In this document: piece after piece, positions 37,780 through 50,961 of the stretch
Position numbering within the stretch: position 1 is the stretch's first letter
Layout of the letters: every line of letters starts with the position of its first letter
Source: Octopus sinensis
Taxonomy: Eukaryota
DNA: 64,000 bases
Direction of reading: 5' to 3'
Assembly (NCBI RefSeq): GCF_006345805.1
Contig: NC_043001.1
Coordinates: 109,120,001 to 109,184,000, forward strand
Notes under the pieces: generated by a model
What the model saw: only the letters and a program-made list of their open reading frames with translations
Database searches by the model: none
Told to the model about the DNA's origin: nothing
Made by a program: the position numbers and the translations under genes

Positions 37780-38140
37780 TAAAAGGTGGTGAACTGCGAG
37801 AATCCTCAGCACGTCTAGAAAACTGCGCGCCGGTTTTTTTTCCTGGTCCTTACGCTCAGAGTTCAAATTTCGCCGAGGTCGACTTTGTCTGTCATACTTT
37901 TTGGGTCGATAAGGTAAGTACCATTTGAACACTGTGATCGATGTAATCAATTTTAGTGCTCCCCTGAAATTGCTGGCCTTGTGTCAAATATTGGAATCAA
38001 TATTGTTCGATGCATAAAAGGTGGTGGTGCAGCAGAATTGTTAGCACGCTAACACAACGCTTAGTAGTATTTAGTCCTGCGTTCGATTTCCGCCGAGGCC
38101 ATTTTTGACTTTTATTCTTTGGAGGTTGATAAAATAAGTA
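37780..38140 (+). mobile_element. Two SINE family A copies
   Basis: ggtggtgaactgcgagaatcc..gagttcaaatttcgccgaggtcgact; ggtggtggtgcagcagaattgttagcacg. Confidence 0.75.
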
Positions 38141-38164
38141 GCATTTTGACGCTTCTTTTCTTCT

Positions 38165-38468
38165 TTTTGCCCTTTCGAAGCTTAGCCAGGCTCATAGGCC
38201 AGGTCTCCCGGTTTATATGGCGGATGTGTTCCCCCCAGCTGGACGGGACGCCAGTCCATCGCAGCGTTACTCAAGAAACAGGAAGAAAGAGTGAGAGATA
38301 GTTGGGGCAAAAGAGTACAACAAGGGTCGCCACCACCCACTGCCGGAGCCACGTGAAGCTTTAGGTGTTTTCGCTCAATAAACACACACAACGCCCGGTC
38401 TGGGAATCAAAACGCGATCCTCCGACCGCAAGTCTGCTGCCTCAAACACTGGGCCATTGCGCCTCCAC
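38165..38468 (-). mobile_element. tRNA-derived SINE family D
   Basis: Homologous to 54170-54475 and 59074-59360 (ctggacgggacgccagtccatcgcag core). Confidence 0.8.
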
Positions 38469-39243
38469 AAGCAGTTCGAAACTAGGGTCGATTAATCAAC
38501 TTACCACCTCAGTATATCGAAAATTAAAAACCTGATGCAACGAACGTTCTCTGTCTTTCTGTTTTTTTCTCTCTCTCTTTCTCTCTATCCATGTCTCTCT
38601 TTCAGTATTATCTCAGTAATATCTCTCTATCAGATAACAGCACTACACTGGCAAAATATAAAGAAATAGATAAATAAAAATCCCCAGCAGAGTACAATCT
38701 TTATGTTACATTAGTTATCAGAATTTTGATACGCATAAAATTCACATCTATTGTTTGTATTTTATTAATCTGTTTTTATTCACTGTTCTGTTACTAATAC
38801 GTCTTTAATGCTCGTAAACAGATAGGTTTAATAAAAGAATTTCCTTAAAATGTCTTAAAGGAAATTACACCAATTCACACAAATTATTTACGCCAAAAAA
38901 ACCCCCCAAAAATACCGGAACCGCAAATTTCTCAAATACTTGTAAACACTCACTAAAATACACTGTCAAGAGTTATTTGTGCAAAAGCAATCCAAACACA
39001 ATGACGTGTCATACACATTGCCGAGATTTAACGCTTTCGTTGAAAATAAACATTTGCAAGATCGGTTAACTTATTTTGAAACCGAATACAAAAAAAAAAA
39101 CTCTTTTGAAAACATGAGTATCATTTAGTGTATAAAATTATTTGTGTTTACAATAGGTTTCGGGTGTCTTAGGTGAAAGCATTCATCTCTGTCTGTCTGT
39201 CTGTCTGTCTGTCTCTGTGTGTGTATATATATATATATATAGG

Positions 39244-39284
<41 letters not shown>

Positions 39285-39285
<1 letters not shown>

Positions 39286-39450
39286 GGGAGAGTTTACGAA
39301 AAATCAAAAGACGAAGACAGGTGGTGTACAAAACAACAGATGTATTAGTATAACGCTCAGGCATAGAAAAAGTCTTTTACGTTTCGAGCCTACACTCTTC
39401 TACAGAAAGGGACACAGAAAAAACAAGGAGAGAAACAACGAGAGAAAAAA
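39285..39450 (-). mobile_element. PLE pLTR-type short repeat with A6U hammerhead-like motif
   Basis: Reverse complement of 39372-39410: cttt-CUGUAGA-A-GAG-tgtagg-CUC-GAAA-CG-UA-aaag; homologous to 10495-10670. Confidence 0.65.
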
Positions 39451-40622
39451 AGTCTGTATGCATACATATATATATGCTGTATATATGTATGTATATATAG
39501 GTATATATATGTATGTATATATATATGTATATATATAGTATATATATGGCTTATATATATTATAATATAATAATATATAATATAATATTCATAGATACAA
39601 ACATATATTATATATGTATATATATACGTATATATATATGTTTACATGCATATATATATGTGTGTGTGCGTGTACGTGTGTCTGGGTGTGTATGTGCGTC
39701 TGCATATCCGTGTGTGCGTATATTATATATGTATATATATATATATGTAATTATTGTTGTGTTACATGATGGTAAGCTGAAAAAAAAAAGAAACGAAAAG
39801 CAGTCCATTTGGTGAAAGATAGTCATTATCTAATAGATACAATACATGTCTATATGACCCACTAAATATTTCATATGTTGAGAAATCCCATCAGGTACAA
39901 ACTGCATATCATAACAGACAATATTTAGCTCGTCATGATATGTGGGTTATTCTTCATGCGTATGTTTCAGGTATTTGTCAACATACTAAACTCTTAGTAG
40001 CGCTTAAAAACATGTACTATGTTCATTAAATAGTATATATATATATGGTTCATGAGATAGACGGAAGATGGAAGATACGAGAATTTTCATTAATCACTAC
40101 AATTGTTTCCCACCATGTAGCATCGATCCCTCAAGGGTAGTATAATTAACAACAGAGTTTTTTGGAGGATCCTGCGGTGTAGATGTGTTTCGTCGGATGA
40201 TAATTACATATAGCTCTTTAAAATAGTATTTCTCGATTCAGAGAAAGAAAGACGCTTTTGTAATTTTTTGTTGAACAACCTGGAGAGAAAATTTGTTCAT
40301 AGTGGTCAAATATTCGTGCTGAAACATTAGCTCGTTCTCTCTATAGCACCGACATTACTTTTACCGTTTACTGTTTGACACACGTCATATGTCGAAGTGA
40401 ACATAGAGCAGCGGGAGGTGGAATGTATTACTGAGAAAACAGCACACCACCTGGTGTAGTAATATAATTATATTATATAATATATATATATATATATAAT
40501 ACATACATACATACATACATACATACATACATAATACATAATATATATATATATATATATATAGATATATAACATACATACATACATCAATACATCATAC
40601 ATTAATACATTATATTATAGAT

Positions 40623-40657
<35 letters not shown>

Positions 40658-40680
40658 TATATATATCTATATATATAAAT

Positions 40681-40980
40681 ATTAGGGAATAAATCCAAAC
40701 TTACAGGGAAAAAATCAGATTTAGGATAAATCCCAATTTTATAGTAAAATATTATATAATATTAATTAGAGACAAACCACTATTTTGCAAACAAAAGGAA
40801 AGACTTAATCAATACATAAAATTTTAATAAAAAGTAAAAATATGTAGATTGTCATTTGAAGACATGAACACATTGTAGTGGCGGTGTTTTTTTACCTTTT
40901 TATTAAAATTTTATGTATTGAATTAGTCTTTCCTTGTTTGTATTGCAAATAGTGGTTTTGTCTCTAATTAATATTATATA
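40681..40980 (+). mobile_element. Fold-back PLE-type remnant related to 28210-28675
   Basis: Same start (attagggaataaatccaa.cttacagggaaaaa.tcagatttagga); inverted arms ~40745-40835 / ~40893-40980; inside (TA)n. Confidence 0.75.
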
Positions 40981-41007
40981 TATATATAATACAATATATC
41001 TATATAT

Positions 41008-41039
<32 letters not shown>

Positions 41040-41130
41040 ATATATATATATATATATTATCTATGTATATATGATATATATATATATATATAATAATATA
41101 TATATATATTATATCTATATAATATTATAT

Positions 41131-41166
<36 letters not shown>

Positions 41167-41216
41167 GTATATATATATATATATATAATATATATATATA
41201 TATACACACATATGTC

Positions 41217-41455
41217 AGGGCGGCCAGCTGGCACAATGGTTAGCACGCCGGGAGAAACACTTAGCGGTATTTCGTCTACGTTACATTCTGAGTTCAGTTC
41301 AAATTCTGCCGAGGTGGACTTTACCTTTCATCCTCTCGGGGTCGATGAAATAAATACCAGTTACGCACTGGAGTCGATGTAATCGACTTAATCCCTTTGT
41401 CTGTCCTTGTTTGTTACCTCTATATTTAGCACCATGTGGGCAATCAAGAAACAAA
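41217..41455 (+). mobile_element. SINE family A, full-length with Tx1-like tail
   Basis: ggcggccagctggcacaatggttagc...catgtgggcaatcaagaaac. Confidence 0.9.
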
Positions 41456-41606
41456 TATATATATATATTTATTAATTTATTTATTTAAAATGTGAATGAG
41501 AAACAACGCAAACATGTTCCGTGTTTAATACATGACAGATTTAAATATTATGTAGAACTCTAGCTTCACGCCTGCTTTTCGATAAACTAATAATTTATTG
41601 CTTATA

Positions 41607-42178
41607 TATTGGATTGTCCAGAAAGTTCGTGACGATTTTTAATAGAAAGAAAAAGGTCAATACATACTTGCCATTACATTTTTAATCAACCAAATACGAA
41701 CCATTTTGTTGCACAATGCGTCTCCATCTTTCCTTTAACTTGAAAATACCCTCTTCCCAGAAATGTGATGGTTTCATGGCAAAGAATTAATCAAGGTATC
41801 TTTTTACGTCATCCAAGGAATTGAAAATTTTACCATTAAGACTATTCTGGAGAGAGCTGAATAAGTGGAAATCCGAAGAAGCAATATCTGGTGAATATGG
41901 AGGGTGGGGTAACACATCCCAGCCGAGCTGCAGCAATTTTTTTCTGGTTCCCAAAGCATCAAGTGCCGAAAAGGAACTTTCTTATCTTCCATTTTAAAGG
42001 GTTACAAAATTAACACAAGTGTTACAAAATTAACATAAACCTTCCATGAAAAGATAGCTTAAACTGTGCTCTAAATGGAGGTGTAGTAAAATCCTATTTT
42101 ATGGACTCAACCATGTTCTAAAATAAGTCGAAAGGTAAGCTACTATAAATCAGCACGAACTTTCCGGACAACCCAATA
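41607..42178 (-). mobile_element. Internally deleted mariner DNA transposon
   Basis: TIRs ttggattgtccagaaagttcgtg / cacgaactttccggacaacccaa with TA on both sides; minus strand encodes LGWDVLPHPPYSPDIASSDFHLFSSLQNSLNGK..ERWRRIVQQNGSY (YSPDLAP-type motif). Confidence 0.93.
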
Positions 42179-44393
42179 CTTGTAGAGAATCATTGCCGTC
42201 ACTGGTATCTTTACATTATCTTTACATTAATTGCATTACCGTTAAATATTAAGTTGATTATATATAATATAGCATGAAACAGCCTGTTGGTGAAAAACAA
42301 ATATGAGTTTGGATTAAGTTGGGAGATATTGTGAGGGTCTTAGTTGTTATTAGAAACAAGAGTACACGAATAATCCGGTATCTGGTTGCCGAGAATAGAT
42401 TGCTGTAATGAGAAGACAATATATAATATGTGCATCAGGATTATTTAACGTATATTTATAAGAAATTATTGTTTTTAATATAAAATTAATCACAAAAATG
42501 ATCTAGTTTCGTATATGACATCAATATAGACTGCATAAAATTTCAAAAGAGATGGTGATTCAATATATAAAGAATCTGTCCTTGTGAGTGGTTTTGTAAT
42601 TGAAATCAGGTATTAAATTCCAAAATAATTAGGTTGATTGTAGATATTAATCGAAAAATGCGATCTTGTACACGCTATCAATGAAGATATGTATTTTATA
42701 ATGACGGATGCAATATTCATTCAATGAAGGTATTTCCTGTTCTCATAAGGTGTGAATGACGTATGTACATACTCGTAGATTTCCATCGTCAAACTTACAT
42801 TTTCTTTCGTATACTCAAGAATTTCATAAACGGCATGCAACTTTGCGTCCAATGAATAATTTAATTAATTCTTATTACAATGGTATAGAGATGGTACATA
42901 CTAGGATGTTTAAGGCATTCCTTACTTGTAGCTAAATTGTTTGAATATACTAAGTGCAGGTTTATATTGTGTCCTAAAGCTCCGAGAAATCGCATATATA
43001 TTAAATTATAATTAAAAAAGGAGTATTTCGTCTCAAATAAAATGCAATAATATTTACAAAATTATAATGAGAGTTTAAAATAGGGTGTTTCTTTTGAAAC
43101 ATTCGAGTGAAATATTAAGTTATAGTTGTGGAATGTATTAAACTAAAGCAAAGAGTAGGTAGGTCTTTTACAGTAAATCTGGTCTATTGAACGGAAAAGT
43201 TTACCAATCATCCTATCTAAAACATAATATATGTCATGAGATATTAGAATACCACATTCATAACTAACTGTGAAATGTACTGAAAATATAGCAAAATATT
43301 TATGTCATTCTTCGGTTGATCGGAAAAACAGAGACAAACATGATAAAAACTAACAGATAGTCACATATTTTGAAATAATTGTAAACACAGATCTTCATGG
43401 CTTATAGAAAATAAAAACAGCAGCGAAGCAAAGTTCAATATAATACTAAGTTCAATATAATATCACATTCCTATGTGATAAAAGAGAGCAGTGCTGTTTG
43501 AATTCGATTTAAACAGGATAAAATATACACATATCATATGATCACAAGTACGTCTAAATTTTCGAAATACATCAAAATATTTTAATTTAATATTTATGAA
43601 AGGAAGACAATCAAATGCAGCAGTGTGCACTCTGACAGAGGCATTAGAAAGTGTGCTAATTGGAGTTAAGATGGTTGTCTGGATCAGATTAGCAATGATT
43701 TAACTACCAACGTCGACACACCACCAGGTAGCCGTTACTCTTCAGAGCCGAAACTGTCAATGTGTATGTGTGGGTATGCATGTACGCATACGTGTATACA
43801 TACATACATACATACATACATAAATACATACATACACAATGTTCTTCCTACAAGTAAGATCAAATGCTTTATGTTCACCGCCCGCAAACATCTTTGCCAG
43901 TACAAACACGGCTTCCAGTTCGATAATAAAAAATTTCCGAGTTGCATATATATCGTACAAGTTTCAAATCATTAGCCTAGAAAATCGGTGCAGTTCTGTG
44001 ATCTAATAAGGGAGTGTATTCTTTGGGCTATAGAAAACTTGCAACTTTTCCCACTGAATGTATGGTCTACTTCTTTCTACGATGTTCCAGTCAATACTGT
44101 CAAGTATGGTGCTGCTCTTCAGATTCCAGATACAGCTTGCTAGGTTAGTGCAATTCCTTTCCTATGTTTACGTGTTTTAAAGGAGGCTGGTAGTAGCGGT
44201 ATTTTTTAAAAATTACTGTCGAACTGGCCAACATATAATTTTCTCTTCCCTTGTTTGTCGGAACGGAGCCTAGCTCGGCTTCATCGAGGACCGAAGTTTA
44301 CTTACGGTAGCTATATCTAGGAGGTTACTTCAAATGCAACTATATTTTTTACCCACCCTACATGTATATGTATATGTGTGTATACACACGCAA

Positions 44394-44485
<92 letters not shown>

Positions 44486-44756
44486 CACTAAATTTTGTAC
44501 GACTTCTCCAACACTCTCTCTCTCCCTCTCTCACAATTATTTGCCTTTCTTACTTTGCACTTCACTATGTCCCCTTCTCTCTTTTTTCTCGCCACTCCTA
44601 GATTCTTCCGTCTATACATTCTCTCTCGCTCTCTCTCTTTTCCCCCTCCTTAAATCCTTTGTTCCTCTTTTTCTCTTTCTTCTTTTCTCACGTGACCGTT
44701 GGCCGACTGCTAGCCCTTTTGCGTTTGATCACGGTCACTGGCACATCGATATTCTT

Positions 44757-44993
44757 CCATTTAAAGCAGATGAGCTGGCAGAAACAGTACACCGGGCTAA
44801 ATGCTTAGCGGTATTGCGTCTGTCGTTGCGTTCTGAGTTCAAATTCCGCCGAGGTCGACTTTGCCTTTCATCCTTTCGGGTTCGATAAATTAAGTACCAG
44901 TTACGCACTGGGGTCGATGTAATCGACTTAATCCGTTTGTCTGTCCTTGTTGTCCCCTCTATGTTTAGCCCCTTGTGGGCAATAAAGAAACAA
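44757..44993 (+). mobile_element. SINE family A, full-length with Tx1-like tail
   Basis: gatgagctggcagaaac...tgtcccctctatgtttagccccttgtgggcaataaagaaac. Confidence 0.92.
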
Positions 44994-45134
44994 ATATTCT
45001 TCCATCTGCCGTAAGGCTTAATTCCCAACACGCCAGCTGAATTCAATTCGTCTCCAGTCGAAAGACGCCTGTTGTTGTTATTATAATAATAATTATTATT
45101 ATTATTGTTTTTATGTATTAATTTTGTATTTATA

Positions 45135-45255
45135 GATAGGAGTGGGCGAGTCGATTAGACGGACCTCTGTACGCAACTGGTACTTAATTTATCGACCCCC
45201 GAAAGGATGAAAGGCAAAGTTGGCCTCAGCGAAATTTGAACTCAGAACGTAAAGT
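45135..45255 (-). mobile_element. SINE family A fragment
   Basis: ggtacttaatttatcgacccccgaaaggatgaaaggcaaag. Confidence 0.8.
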
Positions 45256-48214
45256 CTTATATCACTATCATGTCTATGGAGGAGTCTTAAACCTGACTCG
45301 ACGTGTCTCGTGTCATAATTGAAACCCATTTCAATCTCGAAGTAGTCAAGATCTTTCAACTGTTTTCATACATATTCATAGCTAACCTTTGTTTTACTTT
45401 CGATTCCCATAAATAAAGAAGAATTTCCATGTGATTTAGAACTAAGTTACCATAATTCCCGAGACGCAGATTCATGTGATATCCAAAAGCAATCATTGAA
45501 AATGCTTGACTGGTGTGGAAAATATTTTTATAAAAATGACAAGTCTCTAAATTTCTAAAATCTAATCTAGTTATTAGGTCTTATCTTAAAAAAATTTTAT
45601 TCGTTCGCAAAATTTTGAAAATGGTACAACAAATTTCTGCGCCTTTTTTGTCTGTTACGTGTATCATCTGTCTTTTCAATAAAAATAGAGACAGATAAAA
45701 TAGACTTTTAAAGAAAAAATAAAATGTTGCAAAACTATTTAAGATAAAAAATATATTTTAAAGAAATTTTAAAAACTGTAATCTGAAGAAGTGGCAAATA
45801 AGAAATACAAATATGGCTTCATTGGATTTTGTGATATTAACATTGAAAGATTTATGCAGAATTTTAGAAATGATCATTGAAAATGAAGCTGGAATGAAAG
45901 TCAATTAATTTCAAATGATAATAGACTATCGGGGTTTCTGAATTTAAGTAGGATTCTAAGACATAAAACAGCAAATAAATAAAATTGTCAAGCAAACTTG
46001 CCAATTTAAAATTGCGGAAATTCTCCAAGAGTGAGAGGGACAGAATAGAGATTATTGGCAATTGATAAATAATAAGTTGAAGAAAATTCTAATAATGAGC
46101 AAGTCAAATGTACTTCAGGAAATTCAAAGGATTAAACTGATCGTGAGGACGCATCCAGATGCTTATGAACTGTTTACTACAGCAAACAAAATGTTCCAAG
46201 CGTGTTTTGAAGTGGTATTGGAAATGCCAATGCATTATGTGTTAAGATTTGAACGGTAGCATCAAGATTGAAAATGCCAATGAAAATTGATAGAATTACT
46301 TATTATTTTTCAAATGTCTTGCTCTTGTCGAAAATAAGGAATAATTACCAAGGATATGGGAAAACATTATTTATGGGACAAAAATATGACGAAAAGCTGA
46401 AACGAATCAACGTTTCGATAACAGCAGTTCAGAGACACATGGAATGCTGGAATGCACAAAACTTTGGATAACGGAAAACTTTTGAAAATTAAACAGTCGG
46501 CTTTAGTTTCGTGTTAACAGTGAAAGTATAAAGTATACATTTATGAAGCTACGTGCCTACAGCTATAATATTTTATAACATCGCTTTCCAATATGTTTTA
46601 ATCCATTTCATAACACTTACGAAATTTCGTCTTCTGTAGCAACATGTTCTGATTGGAATTTCATAGACAGAAAACTTCTACAATGCCCTCGTATCTTTTT
46701 ATTAGCTGATTAAATTCTAATTAGATCAAATATGAGTGTAGTTCTCATATAGTCTGCTGGAAATGGAGAAAGATTTCGCCTAGTGTATGGCCGTTAAATT
46801 TTCTATAATATTAGATGTAATATTACTTGTTTAAGCATTTAGTAATAAAAACCATCTACCTCTATAAAATATCCCAGTTTAATAAACTAGAGACATAAAA
46901 AGTAGTTATATGCACATTTTATAAAAATACATAGAAATTCAGATGCATCATTATCTAGGTATAGGAGATATTGAAATAACAGTTAATTGAAAGAGCGAAT
47001 ATATAAATACTTAAGTATTAATAATATACATATGTATTATTAGGGAGGCATATGCGAGACTTATTGGCATATAAAGAGAGAAAAAAACGATATAATATTG
47101 TAGTCATAAAAAATTCAGTTATATAAACATGCAAAAAATAACAACGTAGCTCTGTAAAATGGTAACATATGAAAAATATGGAAATTTTAAATGAAGATTG
47201 ATGACATTATAAGCATACATTGTCGTACGGCGACGAAAAGTATAATGAGAGCTATAAAATGATCTCGTAAAATTGTATGTGCATCAAGAGATATAGAAAT
47301 ACAAGAATTTAGGTATAGAAAAGTGTATTGGTATATAAAAAATGTATCCATGCAATCAACGAAATATTGCCATGGTTCGGTGGCGGATCTCAATTATTTG
47401 CTTCATACCATCTCTGGTTCTATGGTAGAAACTTCTAATTTTAAAGTACTAAACTTCTATCACAATTTCAAGTTAGATCTTGCTCTAAGCACCACCTTAA
47501 TAACGAAACATTTTTTCCTTAGGTTTTGATTATATTCAAAATTATTTAAAGCAAATCCTGCATATTCCAACGGAAATATGGTAACAAAAACATTAATAAG
47601 TTTTGAAAATGCAACAAAAATGTAATCTATCCCTGATGATATTTATCCACTTACGACGACCAGATCTGCCTGATGAAACGTCTATATGTGCAGAGCTTAT
47701 CCCAAAGCAATGGAAATTCCTAATTTTTCATTGCTTGTGAGGATTCTTATATTGATCTCTCCATTAATCTCTTTGAAATGTGTTCAAGGTACAACCGACT
47801 GCATTACTCTTATGGAAAAGAACTATGAACATTGTTAAATATTTAAACAGCCTGCCACTGGATCTTTATCCTCGCTTCATTCGAGATTGTAGCTCCATCA
47901 AATGCGCAACCCATGAAAGACGTCGATTTTCAAACATTGCGATCAAATCTGTTTATTGTTTAGAAAATCCTGCTGTTCTCCTTGTCTTAAAGAATAACTT
48001 CGTATTGAAACTCTGGTGCTTACGCAGAACGTATTTGTACGTGATGTTTGTGAGTAGCGAGATGCAACCGTTTCACAAAAAGCTAACAGGATGACTCAAA
48101 ATGACTCAAATGGGACATATGAAAAGATACGATGGTTGAGCGATAACAAGTTAACGCTCAGGCATTCACGGAGCTATAAGTGACAACTCCAATTGTGAAT
48201 ATTTGTGAGACTGA

Positions 48215-48600
48215 TTGTTGTTGTCATCCTTTTGTCTCAGGAGACAATGGAGTTGCGCATAAACTAATCCAGCCTGGTTTTTACATTTCACGTCCTTTCC
48301 AGTTTCCTCTCCAGTTTTGCGCAGGCCTGGGCTAGATGCAAGAAAATCCTAGGTAGCCCAATCGTCAGGATTCCTCTCTCAACCTTGCTGATGTAGTCTA
48401 AAGGAGTGCACAGCATTACGTTTGGCACCAGCTTGGTTGCAGGAGTGTTGATTCAAACACTAAACCGCCTATGGGGCTCCACCCCAGATTTCTTTGAAGG
48501 TTGTCTCCTTTCCGTAACCCTGGATAGGGGTCCATACCGGGTACTGTCAGCCGGAACCAGCTGAGCCCGGGACTCGTGCTCAGGCGAGAGGGAATACACT
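48215..48600. mobile_element. Probable RTE-type LINE terminal/UTR fragment
   Basis: gttgttgtcatccttttgtctcaggagacaatgg is the reverse complement of an RTE-type 3' terminus; the following sequence resembles RTE 5'UTRs (from memory, unverified). Confidence 0.5.
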
Positions 48601-49283
48601 GCTAATAAATGCATCCGAATTCCTATGCATACATATAGATTGCTGGATCAAATGAAACCATAAGTATTTTAAATGGATCGTGAGTTCATTTAAGTTGTTT
48701 AGGTAGGCGACATTGATGCTGGCCTGTGTGGATTTGCCTCTCCCATTGTCAAGTTGGAAGCCCTAAAGATTTTCTTTCACTATTCTCATTTAGTATGGAG
48801 ACAACCGCCTCGAAGTCTAATAGAAACCGCTGAAAAATATAAAAGGAAAAAATCACGAAGTCGATAGAAAACAGTAAAGTTTCATAGACATTCTATCTGA
48901 AACAATGATATCGTTATATCAGCTGAATCCAGCGTTTATATTAGATATGCTTGGAGCAGATATGAACTGTTATTCAACATTAACAAAATCAACAGTATGT
49001 AGCATATATGACCATATTTCAAATTTTTCTCCGATTGCAGATTCAGGTGTATTTACTTTTACAAAACATTGCATTGCACTGTACAGTTTAAAACAACTGA
49101 GAGTCCGAGCAAATTAAAATTTACTACGAAATTAAGCTCATGGGTTTGCTGAACACAAATCCTATTTATAATCATTTTGTGCATTGATCCCTCTAGTATG
49201 AACGGAAATTTCAATTATAGGATCCAGTGGCTAAAGAAATCATGAAGAGGAATCACGTCCGGTTTCGGCCCCTACTTTTCTAC

Positions 49284-49560
49284 CGTTTTCGACGTGGCGG
49301 GCCTCCATCATTTCGGACGTGTCTTCAGCTCTGTTGTTGAGTGGATTTCTTCTTTCTACTTCTTTCTTCTGTTCTCTGGCCTCTTTGATGCAGCGTCAAC
49401 GAATGTCAGCGGGCGACTGACCATCCTGCTAAGTTTCCCTTTAAATACTCACCGATAGGCTCCAGCAGCCAGCACCAACTAGTTGTCACGTGACACTGTC
49501 TAAACTTCAACTGACCAATGGAGAGTAAAGGCGCGTAATCTTAGCCCGCACCCTCTCTAA
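49284..49560 (-). promoter_or_regulatory. Candidate Pol II core promoter and first exon
   Basis: Minus strand: ATTGG (49515-49519), GTCACGTGAC E-box (49485-49494), TATTTAAA (49447-49440), Inr TCAGTC with A+1 at 49418 (29 nt from TATA), ATG at 49311 (MMEARHVEN), possible donor G|GTAGAA. Confidence 0.5.
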
Positions 49561-50149
49561 ACCTGCCTTCCAACAGTGTCGTGTTAGTTTTAGTTCCAGC
49601 AGCCAGAGCCGACCAACTGTAGAACAAATTAGCAGGAGTTATACAAAGTCACAAATTCAAATGTTCCTAGTTTCTCCTTGCAATTTTCTGGTTTTGATCT
49701 CTACTAAAGTAACAGATCAATTCTTTCTTAAGTATGTCTTAAATATTAATAAAATATATTTCAGAAAAAAATATCAATAACACCTTTATAAAGTTCACAA
49801 ATCTTACTTGATATTTGAAATAAATGTCAAGCTTCGTCTGAAAGTATATTAAAGTAGATATTTTTTCTACAGAAATTATAAGAAAAAAACATATTGTGGA
49901 TTTTAGTACGCCCATATTTTGATGGGAAGCAGCAACTTAAAAGTAGTTTTAAGAACGGATGAAAAGGTATAACGAGGTAAGCAATAAACTGCGATTTTGT
50001 TAGAGTGATTTGAATATACATTTTTGGTTTCACAACTGAGCTAAACAATTGGCATTATCTCTAGCTTTAATCGGCGATTAAAACCATTCATCCATCCATC
50101 CAAACATACATACATACATACATACTACATACATACATACATACATACC

Positions 50150-50372
50150 TACTTCCGGTCTTTCAAAATGTGACCTCGTGTGTACCGTTGGCGATTTTTT
50201 TCCCTCTGTCTTCCCTTATCTGGATCTTTCCTTCTCCTATGTTTCCGACGAAGAGCTCCGCTCGAAGCGTTAAGCCCTCCTTCTTTCCTTCTCTCCTGAG
50301 CGTCCAATAATACTATATTTGTTCCATGTCCTCGCGTTGTTGTGTTTTTGTGCTTTCTTGTGTGGATTAACT
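50150..50372 (+). mobile_element. PLE pLTR-type short repeat (third copy of the gaagagctccgctcgaaacgtt family)
   Basis: gtttccgacgaagagctccgctcgaagcgttaa; ends in (TA)n. Confidence 0.75.
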
Positions 50373-50381
50373 ATATATATA

Positions 50382-50439
<58 letters not shown>

Positions 50440-50442
<3 letters not shown>

Positions 50443-50950
50443 CAATAAAAAATAAAGGGTAAAATTAATCAATTAGTTAGTAATTAATAATTCCACCAAG
50501 TAGTATTCGGCATGTTAAAAGGACCATTATCGGTAAGCTTAAACAATATTTTTTTTTATAATTATGAGTATAATTATAATTAGGGTTCAGCAAAAAACTT
50601 TGCTTAACAACATACCGAACTTTAGAAATAGCAGCCAATAAAACTTAACTATTTCTTTTACTATAAGAAGCAACTCCCGGACAACCTACGTAGGCATAGA
50701 AGAAAAAACAACGAAAAAACAAAATGCAAAATTCACATTTTCATTCGACCATTCCCTTCATCAGCACAAGATTTCAAACTTTTGAATTTGAGAGCACTGA
50801 AAAACAATATCCAATGACCAGTACCAACGAATTCAAAACATACGAATGAGGGCTCGTATTCTCCCTCACCCACCCACGTGTGTTGTCGAGTAAAAAATTC
50901 TGCAGAAAAAAACTGTAGTATATTATCAGGGAGAGAATTATATTATCAAT
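50440..50950 (-). mobile_element. Possible PLE pLTR-type remnant
   Basis: Abuts (TA)n; minus-strand ctgatgaagg core at ~50755-50765, full HHR fold not resolved. Confidence 0.35.
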
Positions 50951-50961
50951 AATAATAAAGG

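Noticed and set aside
47670-47683. CTGATGAAACGTC hammerhead-like string
   Set aside because: Stem II is absent, so no three-way junction is possible
45864-48094. Short ORFs at 46.06-46.47 kb and 47.78-48.09 kb
   Set aside because: No recognisable motifs; lengths are compatible with chance in AT-rich DNA
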